Below are positions 35,104-44,474 of a DNA stretch of 64,000 nucleotides, in pieces (position 1 is the first letter of the stretch; the number at the start of each line of letters is the position of its first letter). The stretch covers positions 1,302,001 to 1,366,000 of the forward strand of contig OX337232.1 of assembly GCA_946965045.2 (NCBI GenBank). Direction: 5' to 3'. The notes beneath the pieces were generated by a model. The model was not told the DNA's origin, searched no databases, and worked only from the letters and a program-made list of their open reading frames with translations. A program made the translations under genes and the position numbers. This stretch comes from Epithemia pelagica (Eukaryota; Protista; Bacillariophyta).

Positions 35104-37953
35104 CTAAGTTTGATCGGCTTCTTTGCTCGCGATCTTCTTACCAGGTTTATAATTCGCGGCCACAAGCACCTTACGAGGATTGTCACTTAGGACGCAAACA
35201 CGCTTGTCCCCGACCCAAAGCTTAACCCCAACGAGCCCACTTCGGCGAACACCAGGGATGTCTTTGTCATGGAAGTAGTAGTCGGAAAGCCTGCTTTCTC
35301 CAGAAGGAAGGTTGTAGGTGTTCTTTGGCATGGGATCGTGAACGGTCCCATCTTTTCCTTGGTACACGTAGAAATGTGCACGTGGATTCCCCATCTCCCC
35401 AGTCTTAAAGCCACCAGCATGGACAGTATCTCCTCGAACGAGGAGAAACGTGCCATATGGGATATGTACCACTTTACCCAGCTCGTTCATATAATCCTTG
35501 TGCTTCTCACCGCGGAAACTCCACAATTCAACGGACATACCCTCCTCCGCCAGGGGCATGAAAACAATAAAAGGCATGCGTTCCCGGAGTGGCAGATCTG
35601 CATTCGCTCTCCGAGTCTTTTTGATTGGTTGCTTCCCGGAGGGCGTTTTGGGACCTTCGGACATGTTCCCTGTTACGCTCTGGAACAAGAAGTCGATGTG
35701 AGGTTCTTGAACTTTTGCCTCTGTGGTCTTCATGAACGAAAGGTGAATGTTGATTTGGTCCGCAAATGAATCATCTTTTGCGTAGTTCATCCCATAGAGA
35801 GCTGAGGCAAGCAGCTGCTTGAAATTGGCCGTGACCTTTGCAGCATGTTCGGGGTTAACGTGGCCGAAGTACCGAATGTTGGACACCATTCCCTCATGTT
35901 CCATCATTGCCATCAACAAATTTGGTGTGTAGTCTTGAACAGATTTGAAAAATTTGCCCTTTCCTTTCTGGTCCAAGCCTGTGCTGTGCCACGCATTCTC
36001 CAACATTTCGAGGAGATCTGGCGGAGTTGTCAAAAAATATCCTCGATACATTTTGTTTTCAATATCGTACAGCCATTTGAAATACTTCGAGCGCAATTCT
36101 CTATGTAACAACTTCATTTTCTCGAAACGCTCATTCTCCTTCGCTTTCGCATCGATCGCTTCCATCTCCTCAAAAATACTATCCGTGTCATCTTCTGCCA
36201 TTACCACTGGTACGAACATTCCAGTACTAGGGCTGGGATTGGCTTGAGTGGCGGGTTGAGCTTGTGCTGCAGGTAGGACGGGACTGCTGGGAAGGAGCAC
36301 GGGTTGAGCTTGTGCTGCAGGTGGGATGGGATTGCTCGGAAGGAGGTGGGGTGAGCCTTCGACCGGCTGGGTCGTGCGTTGTTGTTGCTGCTGATGATGG
36401 AGCGATGAAGGTAGAGTCCCCCCGTAACCTCCATAGTTGGGTTGATTGTAGGACGGAGGATGTCCATGGTACTGCGGCGGAGGATGACTCGTCGGAGGAT
36501 GAGGATAATGCGGCGGAGGATAAGGATAATGCGGCGGAGGATGATGATTGTACTGCGGCGGAGGGTAATTGTACTGCGGCGGAGGATAATTGTACTGCGG
36601 CGGAGGATGGTGATAATATTGCGGAGGATAATGCGGCGGCAGCTGAGGGGGCGAATTGTAGTGCTCAGAAACGTATTGCGGAGGAGGCGGAGAAGGAGGA
36701 CGAGCAACAGTAGCAACTGGACGGAAAACAGTAGAAGGAGAAGTTAAGACAGGCTTCTTTGTTTTTTTCCCGTCGTCTTCATTTTCATCACTGGGTCGAC
36801 CGCGTTTCTTTCCCTCGTCTTCGTCGTCGTCACCTTTCGTCGACGGTCGGATAACCTGTTCGGAGGACGTCGGCGATTCGTCCGTAAGGTTATAAAACAA
36901 AGACAGCTCGTCGCCCGGCTCAATATTTTTGATTGCCTTAACTAGAAGATTCGGCATGATTCTCACGTTGTAACCGTCGTCCGATTCATCCGGTGGATTG
37001 TCTGTACCGTACAGATGGTGTTGGTGGTCGTTGATTAAGTGCAGCCCCATGCCGAAGTGATCGTCGTTGTCTGCTTGAAGCCTTCGATTGTCACGTCCGA
37101 ACTGAATCGCGTACTCGTTGGGTACAACTGTCCGAGACGTGACGTCGTTTCCCGTGTACGCACCAATCACTTCACCATCTTTGATTGTCCGAACTGCAAA
37201 AACGCCAAACCCGGCGCCTGGGAGTTTTGACTCCTTCACCTCAAACAGAAGCATTTTTCCAAGGTAGATCTTGACTACCGGATTGTTCGCAAATGTGTAA
37301 CCGACATGCTTGCCGATCGGGAAGGTATGTTTTCTGTTCTTCTTGACAGGGAGACCCATTCCACTCGAAAGTGGCACAATCTTCCCCTTTAGCAAGCCAG
37401 AACCGGGCTTCCGAATTGGAGCTTCTTGGACCGAAAAAGTGGCCGAAATCTTCCGTGAGACATACTCTCCCATAGCACAGGCAAGTACAGCACTGTCTTT
37501 GATCTTGGAGAGCGTCTTGAGGCCTTCGGTGAAAGTCCTGATTGGATCCCGTCCAGAACGAGAAGGGAGTTTCTCCACTTCCTCGATGCCTTTCTTGTAG
37601 TCCTCTGTGCGCGTATCGATGAGGAGCTGCCGCATTTGAGTTTCCGAATACTGTTTGCTGTGGTCCTTCTCTGGATGGCCACGCCGAACATCTGCAAGCT
37701 TTTTATCCTTCACTTCGGCAAAGTCTTGATCCGAAAGAAACCGATGGTGCTTTGTTGTTGTCGCTTCGTCTGTTGCTGCTGCTTCGGGTGCTGCGGCTGC
37801 TGCTGCTTCGGGCGCCGCTGCTGCTTTGGCTGACTGCTCTTCCGCTGCATCTATTGCAAGTATAAGAGCGTCAAGATTTCCTTTGTCACTCATGCTGTCT
37901 CGTTTTTGAGCGCCTGCTTTTGAATACTGTTTCTTAGGGCTTGGTTTCCCCAT
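35104..37953 (-). CDS. Cargo fusion protein: SET domain + AT-hook-like KRGRP + P/Y-rich repeats + C-terminal Fe(II)/2OG dioxygenase-like (DSBH) domain, about 949 aa
   Basis: SET motifs: GAGFGVFAVRTIKDGEVIGAYTG, LHLINDH, VKAIKNIEPGDELSLFYN. DSBH motifs: QEPHIDF (HxD), FIVFMPL, LLVRGDTVHAGG (distal His), PRAHFYV (Arg). Confidence 0.8.
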   Translation of the reverse strand: MGKPSPKKQYSKAGAQKRDSMSDKGNLDALILAIDAAEEQSAKAAAAPEAAAAAAPEAAATDEATTTKHHRFLSDQDFAEVKDKKLADVRRGHPEKDHSKQYSETQMRQLLIDTRTEDYKKGIEEVEKLPSRSGRDPIRTFTEGLKTLSKIKDSAVLACAMGEYVSRKISATFSVQEAPIRKPGSGLLKGKIVPLSSGMGLPVKKNRKHTFPIGKHVGYTFANNPVVKIYLGKMLLFEVKESKLPGAGFGVFAVRTIKDGEVIGAYTGNDVTSRTVVPNEYAIQFGRDNRRLQADNDDHFGMGLHLINDHQHHLYGTDNPPDESDDGYNVRIMPNLLVKAIKNIEPGDELSLFYNLTDESPTSSEQVIRPSTKGDDDEDEGKKRGRPSDENEDDGKKTKKPVLTSPSTVFRPVATVARPPSPPPPQYVSEHYNSPPQLPPHYPPQYYHHPPPQYNYPPPQYNYPPPQYNHHPPPHYPYPPPHYPHPPTSHPPPQYHGHPPSYNQPNYGGYGGTLPSSLHHQQQQQRTTQPVEGSPHLLPSNPIPPAAQAQPVLLPSSPVLPAAQAQPATQANPSPSTGMFVPVVMAEDDTDSIFEEMEAIDAKAKENERFEKMKLLHRELRSKYFKWLYDIENKMYRGYFLTTPPDLLEMLENAWHSTGLDQKGKGKFFKSVQDYTPNLLMAMMEHEGMVSNIRYFGHVNPEHAAKVTANFKQLLASALYGMNYAKDDSFADQINIHLSFMKTTEAKVQEPHIDFLFQSVTGNMSEGPKTPSGKQPIKKTRRANADLPLRERMPFIVFMPLAEEGMSVELWSFRGEKHKDYMNELGKVVHIPYGTFLLVRGDTVHAGGFKTGEMGNPRAHFYVYQGKDGTVHDPMPKNTYNLPSGESRLSDYYFHDKDIPGVRRSGLVGVKLWVGDKRVCVLSDNPRKVLVAANYKPGKKIASKEADQT

Positions 37954-38365
37954 GGTCGAAACACAAAAACTCGAAACACGAAACACAAGAAACACGAAAC
38001 GCAGCATTCTCCTCAGCCCTCAGCCCACATTCCAAAAAAAAAATCTTGAGCTCACATACTAAAAAACGGTGAAGTTTTGGTATGTGGGCTGAGTTACTTA
38101 AGGATTTGCGTGCCAGTTTTGCGATGCGTGCGCGTTTTCGGAGAGGGAGGCGTGTTTCGCGCGAGGTCTGCTCCGAAAATCGTCCATTTTCTCGCTCTCT
38201 CACATTTTCGAGGTACTTACAAACTGATAATCCAACACGCAACACGAGCACGCAACACGGAAGTGATCATTGATACCAATAACTGACAAGAAATACATTC
38301 AATAAAATGGATTGCTGTTATAAATAGTTAAGTTACATGCATTTTGATGATAAATGGAGATTAGA

Positions 38366-41300
38366 TCAGGTTTCTACTGCACCAGATCCTTGCGTTTCTC
38401 TCCAGAGACGTGAGATGAAGCCATGATCTTGGTCGAAGGCGGATCGGTGACACTTGATTGCTTTTGACATCTTTTCAATTTCGGCATACGAGAGGCCCGC
38501 AGCTGCATAGTCGCTGTTGTTGGAATTTTGATCGTATAACAAGTACGCGAGCATATAGCGACGTGCCTTTGCTGACATTTTCCGCATGATTTCGGGTGTT
38601 GTTTTCTTCAGGCTCGCTGTCAAACATCGTAAAAAGGCAGCTTTGTCTTTCTTCTCATTCAGTGAGAAAGCACGAAAGACTTTTTTTGAGTAACCCCAGC
38701 CATACTCGATCCCCTCACCGGCCATTTCACAGTGATACTTGGTCGATACGAGAATCTCGATCCTGCAACGATGTCGTTCAGACAAGTCTTCCGCCAGCTT
38801 CTCCATTGCAGATTTTTCGTTCTTGAAATCGGAGCATTCGCTCATCAGATGAACCATAGAGTACTTTTTGTAGTCCGCCTGATAGGCTTCTTTCACAGTC
38901 TTCTTATCCGCTTCCAACCATGCATCTCTGGTTGTCTTGACGTACTTGATCATGTTGTTAGGGTCTATCCACCCCCGCTCCCATAACACTTGAAAGAGCC
39001 CTTTTGCATTATTCATCCAGCCTTCCTCGATCACATCATCTTCAATCACCGTTGCAATGTTGGAGCGTTTACAAAGGTCCTGTAGTTCACCAGCATTTTT
39101 CGATTGAAATGAACGTTGCATTCCAGGTCCCATGACCCGGACAAGTTTTGCCATGAGCTCCTTCTTTGTGAGGTTGCGCTTTTTCTTTCTACCAGTTCGG
39201 TGTGTATTCTTCGATGCGACACGCTGCGCGTCATTGAGACGATGGCCTTTTTTAGCAACTGGACCACGATCGTTCTCCTGATAGACGAGGTGTTGTACGT
39301 CACCAACTCGTAGTTTGTCGTCATGGTTGTACGGGCCAAGGCAAGCTTGATCAATAATTTGTGTGTCCCGCATGCTGGGAACAGCTCCTCCCCAGTCGTT
39401 ATTCATGTTCAGAGCATTTAACCCATCGGATTGTTGTTTTCCATGACCACTGCTTTGGTCGAACAAAAAGACAAAGTCATGGGCGGGGAACATGACCACG
39501 AGGCAATCGACAATATCCTCCAACTGCAAGGCCATGTATTCATAATTCCAATATCCCTCTTTATCTGCTCCGTATTCAAAAAAGCGAGTGAACGGTTGGG
39601 CATTGGTAATTGGAGTCTTGGCAGTGTGACCATTGAGGTTCACTGCAGCCTCGGTAGAGACGTATTTGTTGTGTGTCGCATGTAGACGGAGTTCATTAAT
39701 CCGAAATAGACTCGCAGCAAGCAACGGGTTTCCGTTCATAAGGAAGCCCCATGATCGGCTTACAAAAGCGCTGATCATCATCCCATGTCCATCATCCTTT
39801 GGCAGCATTTTAGTTGCGCCATCTTTAGTGTACCATGCCTTAGACGAGAAGGAAAACTGCTTGTAGATCGATTCGTCCTGGCCGATGAGGATGACAGGTT
39901 TGCGGTCGGAGGGAAACCTGTGTGACAAGTTTCCATTGTGAATTGTGTTTTCTGGTTTGATGTACCGTTCAAATTCGCTTGGGAAGGCATCAACATGGTA
40001 CTCCCGCATCTGCTTGCCTGTTGTTACATCAGTGTACTCAAATACAAAGCTGTTTGGCAAGAGCTTCTCCTTGCCCGCATTCCCTTCGTTTTCAAGTTTG
40101 ATTGCATCCTCGGTAGGGAGCTGCACCCACCGATACGACAGCTCTTCCCACTTAAAGTACTTCTTGACAAAAGCAGCTCTGTGGGCAACATTCTCAGCAT
40201 TTTCGTGTCGATCAGTGAAGTATGTTTTCGTGTGTTCCTTGAACACGAGCCCTGCAGCAGCAATACATCGCCACGCTGTGCTTTGCGAAATGGTGGAAAG
40301 CTTCATCGATGCCAAGAAGGCCTCGTACGATACTGGCGTTGCATTCGTATCCATGCACTCTTGTACGATCATGGTATGCATATCCGGAAGCAATGTTGTC
40401 CTCAGGTACATTAGAGCAGACTCTGTTGTAAGAGTGCTCAGGTTTTCCTTTGCCCAGCATTCAAACTTTACCTTTGCTTCAGGTATGTGAACGAATAAGA
40501 CGGGCGATGGCTCTTTCCCAATATGAACGTGGTAGTTGGGATGAGGGAAACTGTCGTTTTCCCGAAAGTACCTGTGAAAACGAGCAATGGTCTTGGGATG
40601 TTTTTTTACTTTTTCACCATAAATCTGTTCCATTTTGCTTATGGCTTCGCTTATGCAGTTCAGCCATGTACGACCGTGTGGCATATCAAGCAACGCTATC
40701 TTATAAGAAAGTTGTAAATACGTTGCCTTGAGCAGTACCCTCTGTTGCTGTTCCTGGTTGGGGGGGAAGATGTCTCCCTTGTTAACCACATTCGGAAGTG
40801 CCTCCACGTTGGAAATGGCCCTTTCAAGGGTTTCTATCCATCGCTCAAGATTTCGTTTTGACGATCCTGGAGAATCGCATTTGCCGGCAAAGAGCCTACG
40901 GTTCCTTGGCTCATCAAAACAGGCGCTTTCCATTTGTTGCGATAGACCTTGGATCATCTCACTCTCGAAAACTGAAAAACCAATCGGCAAACTCTGTGGA
41001 TGGTCATGGCCGATTTCGTCTGTGGCCAATTCAGGATGTTGGATTGCTCCAACAAGCACCTGATTTGTGTTGTCGTGAGGTGGTGACGTTTGCATTTCGG
41101 TAGGGCTGTCTCCAATTTGTGGCGGTTGACCATGTTGCTGCGTTGCAGTGCTCTTCATTGCTGGTGGTGTTGTAGTGTTTCTTGCTTGCTTGGATACAGT
41201 TGCCGTGCCTTCATGTACCCCTGGTGAGTCTTCGTTCCTTCGCTTCGTTGGCTTCTCTCGTCCCGACCGCCGAATCACATTCTCGGCTGCAGCCTCCAGC

Positions 41301-41632
41301 CATTCTTGGTGATCGTTCAACATCACTGGCAGTTTTGTTGTGTCGGAGCTTATATACAAGAATGTGTATCTTTGTTTATTGATTGTGATTTTGTGGCGGT
41401 ACCAGCCAAACTTGTTTGGTTCCGACACCTCATTTTCGAAAATGGGTTTAAGGACAATGTCTCTAGAGAAAAGAGAATTCAATCTGATTGTCGACAGTCC
41501 TGGCAACCAAGTTCTCAGGTATCCTACAATCTCGGTGTCTTGGATCCACTTGTTGCAGAATCCAAACGAGGATCGGGTGCATCGCGTCTTAAAGACGTCA
41601 AGAATATCTTTCCCAGAAAAATTTCGTTCCAT
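38366..41632 (-). CDS. IS630-Tc1-mariner-like DDE transposase, 1088 aa, intact ORF
   Basis: IGQDES (D1), MISAF, GYWN, FLFDQSSGH (D2, codon 39460) and STKYHCEMAGEGIEYGWG (E, codon 38707; equivalent to the PxYSPxLNPIExxW box). D2-E spacing is about 250 aa. Confidence 0.88.
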   Translation of the reverse strand: MERNFSGKDILDVFKTRCTRSSFGFCNKWIQDTEIVGYLRTWLPGLSTIRLNSLFSRDIVLKPIFENEVSEPNKFGWYRHKITINKQRYTFLYISSDTTKLPVMLNDHQEWLEAAAENVIRRSGREKPTKRRNEDSPGVHEGTATVSKQARNTTTPPAMKSTATQQHGQPPQIGDSPTEMQTSPPHDNTNQVLVGAIQHPELATDEIGHDHPQSLPIGFSVFESEMIQGLSQQMESACFDEPRNRRLFAGKCDSPGSSKRNLERWIETLERAISNVEALPNVVNKGDIFPPNQEQQQRVLLKATYLQLSYKIALLDMPHGRTWLNCISEAISKMEQIYGEKVKKHPKTIARFHRYFRENDSFPHPNYHVHIGKEPSPVLFVHIPEAKVKFECWAKENLSTLTTESALMYLRTTLLPDMHTMIVQECMDTNATPVSYEAFLASMKLSTISQSTAWRCIAAAGLVFKEHTKTYFTDRHENAENVAHRAAFVKKYFKWEELSYRWVQLPTEDAIKLENEGNAGKEKLLPNSFVFEYTDVTTGKQMREYHVDAFPSEFERYIKPENTIHNGNLSHRFPSDRKPVILIGQDESIYKQFSFSSKAWYTKDGATKMLPKDDGHGMMISAFVSRSWGFLMNGNPLLAASLFRINELRLHATHNKYVSTEAAVNLNGHTAKTPITNAQPFTRFFEYGADKEGYWNYEYMALQLEDIVDCLVVMFPAHDFVFLFDQSSGHGKQQSDGLNALNMNNDWGGAVPSMRDTQIIDQACLGPYNHDDKLRVGDVQHLVYQENDRGPVAKKGHRLNDAQRVASKNTHRTGRKKKRNLTKKELMAKLVRVMGPGMQRSFQSKNAGELQDLCKRSNIATVIEDDVIEEGWMNNAKGLFQVLWERGWIDPNNMIKYVKTTRDAWLEADKKTVKEAYQADYKKYSMVHLMSECSDFKNEKSAMEKLAEDLSERHRCRIEILVSTKYHCEMAGEGIEYGWGYSKKVFRAFSLNEKKDKAAFLRCLTASLKKTTPEIMRKMSAKARRYMLAYLLYDQNSNNSDYAAAGLSYAEIEKMSKAIKCHRSAFDQDHGFISRLWRETQGSGAVET

Positions 41633-42115
41633 CCTGTTGTAGACCGTGTTGCGTGGGATGAGTTGGATGATCGAATTATTGAGGATGATGCCAACCGTTT
41701 GAGATGTTGCCCCATTTGGGGTGGTTCAAGTAAACCCTAAAGCATCCGGATGCAGCTCGGCAACATCTCGAACGGTTGGGATGGCCCTCCACCATGGTCG
41801 TTAGACAACAACCGTTTTTTCATCATTTTCGACGGAATTCTAGCGTTCGGAAGCTGTCACACATCACGGTACGAAACAAAAAATTTATTATTCAGACACT
41901 GGGTTGTCACGAGTCGGACACTTTCATTCACTAGTCAGGCCAAACGCTATTGAGGATTATATTTTATGGTACTAAATCTACGAGGGGTCTACGTCAGGAA
42001 CATACTCCCTGAACTCAGCTTGTAGGCACAATTTCCAAAACCAAATCCGGCCCGGCCCCGCACGGATTGGTTTTGTTGAGCTAAAGGATTGGCCTAATCA
42101 ATTCTGTAATTTGTA

Positions 42116-42686
42116 CTCCCTCCTGAAAGAAAATACTTCACGTTTTTTTTTTGGTTATTTTAGTCGCATAAAAAGATTACGTAGGATCTGGTACAACTCT
42201 ACAGGAGGACGGCCGGCTCATTCGGAGTATAAAAATTTTAGAATAATATGGGGGAACATATTGGTTGACATGCGCGAGTCTACACTATTATAGGAAAAGT
42301 ACAACTTTTGTGTGCGACGAGTGAGCAGAACCATGGCCAAAGGTGCCGTCGTTGACCATGGAATTCAGCATGGAAATGGCACGAATCTTGTCAGTTGTAC
42401 ACATATTCCTACTCTTTGATGCCTCGCGGGGCCGCCCTGAAGAGGACGTGTTTGGAGCCGCCATAGAAGTGTCAACCGGTGGGCTCTGAAGACCGATGCT
42501 CAAAATCACGCCTTTTGAACAATCGTATCTCGTTCCAAAGCAAGAATCGAACATATAAATAATACACCAATATAGAGCTAATAAGTAGGGCTTTCTAACA
42601 AAAAAATTTTTATGGAAAAAGGACGTTCGCTCGTGAAAATATCGCTTTTTTGGTAAAAGCGTGAAGTATTTTCTTTCAGGAGGGAG
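42116..42686. mobile_element. 571-bp non-autonomous Stowaway/mariner-like element (MITE), perfect 27-bp TIRs, TA TSD
   Basis: CTCCCTCCTGAAAGAAAATACTTCACG lies at 42116-42142 and its reverse complement at 42660-42686. TA is at 42114-42115 and 42687-42688, and the target site is palindromic (TTGTACAA). An internal minus-strand ORF fragment reads DKIRAISMLNSMVNDGTFGHG. Confidence 0.9.
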
Positions 42687-44474
42687 TACAACACAAAGTT
42701 ACATGACCTTTTCTGAACAACCCGGCGGGATCTCTTACCGGTATGTATCAAAAAGTACTGATACTCCGCAAACATATGAAGTCGTACTGTTTCAACACTC
42801 TAATCTATCGTATACTACCTATCCGTCTCATGACTCATGACAGATGGGTTGAAACAATCTTCAGCGGTTTTTTATTGGTAATAATGATTTTTCTTCTTAT
42901 ATTATGTCATTCTTTCTCATATTCAATGTTTAATACTGTTTAATATCCGTATCTTTCCTCAAAATACGAATATTTTCCTGACTGGAAAGGGCAGTTGTAT
43001 TAACGCCATACGTAAGGAACGGGTTTTAAGGGTAACGGAGTAGAAAATAAACTACTCCCATAAAAAATATGGGATCAGTGCTTTGACTCCCATAAACTAC
43101 TCCCATCTTAACACGGTTTGAAAACTCCCAGTTTTAATTTCGAGTACAAATTTATTCATAGTGAGAATTTTTTGTCATTTTAGTCGCTTTTCTCGAACTT
43201 GAGCGGCCATCCGCGATGACCATGAGAGACAATGAGGGCGGACAATGAAAATGGCATGGATCATCTTCCAATGATGCCAAACCAGGTCAGAATGGATGAA
43301 GGAAAGTCAATTGATCAAGACAGATGGTATGTGGAGGCGAAAGTTGACCAAGGAAAGGTTCAATGTGTCGAAAAAGGGTCAATGCTGTGAAGCAGGCAAA
43401 AACATGGTCTGAGAGAGGGAATTGCCGAATGCTCAACAGAGGTGCCGTCAAATCACAAATAAAGACAAAGCCCTATAGTTCATATTATTTTACACCAGAA
43501 TGGAAGGTCTTGACATTTGCTGTTGGATATTGAGTGTGTTCGTACTGCTCAAAGTTGGGCCATGGTCGATGGGATGAGAAAATCACAAAAATCATCCAAG
43601 TTTTGATACACGAAACGACTGTTATAATTTCAAAATCAGTGTAGACTATGATATATGAAAATGTTCAAAATTCCACAAACTATTGGAATTACCAGTGAAA
43701 AAGACAATGACGTCTATATTCCAATTAGTAGATGTCTTCAAAGTTATGGGAGGAGTGTATATACTGCTCGAATTTATGGGATCAGTATATATACTGCTCC
43801 CTTACGTATGGCGTTAATTTTAAAAGCCCTCCATAGCAATAATAAGAAATAAGACACAATACGATTACTCATATCGGACGAAATACGAGTACAATAGTTC
43901 TCATATCGAGTGGGGGGAATAATGGGGGTAGTTGTCGTAGAGTGATGACGCTGGACATGAAAGATAGGAATTACGGGACCAGCAGAAATAGTATAGAAAA
44001 ATCCAAAGTAATGGTTTTTATTCACTAATTCCGATATGTTTGAAATTTGGACCTGGAGGCACGAGTATTATTTCTTGTCGTGTGGCTCAATTGCACGCAC
44101 GTGTTGTTTCGTTTCACATGCGCCTTTTTGGAGGGAGTATTTCCCGTCTCCCGTCCCCATTCCCCATTCCCCACTCCCCAATAGACTGTTGTATACAGCC
44201 CCCTAACTCTCGGTTTTTCAGTAACAGCACACACTTTCCTCGCTGCTCCTCTCCTCCAATTGTTGTCCTCAGAGCATCTCTATTCACAGAACGAAAGCAC
44301 CACTACCAGTTGGATAGATGTCGTTTCCCATTCAACTTGACATCTCATCGTTTGCCAGTTTTTAACCACGTCCTTACATCGAGATCCTTTCGTCATTATC
44401 ATCCGTTTTAGGCCTGGATTGTCCAGTCCCTTTCTGGTGTCTTCCCACTTTGGTGTCTTCATTCGATTGCCACC

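Larger units (their letters stand above)
32299..42022 (-). mobile_element. 9724-bp IS630-Tc1-mariner-superfamily DNA transposon with cargo genes; 34-bp TIRs, TA TSD
   Basis: CAAGCTGAGTTCAGACAGAATGTTCCTGACGTAG (32299-32332) matches the reverse complement of 41989-42022 (CAAGCTGAGTTCAGGGAGTATGTTCCTGACGTAG) at 31/34. TA is present at 32297-32298 and 42023-42024. The TIRs enclose a DDE transposase and three other ORFs. Confidence 0.9.
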
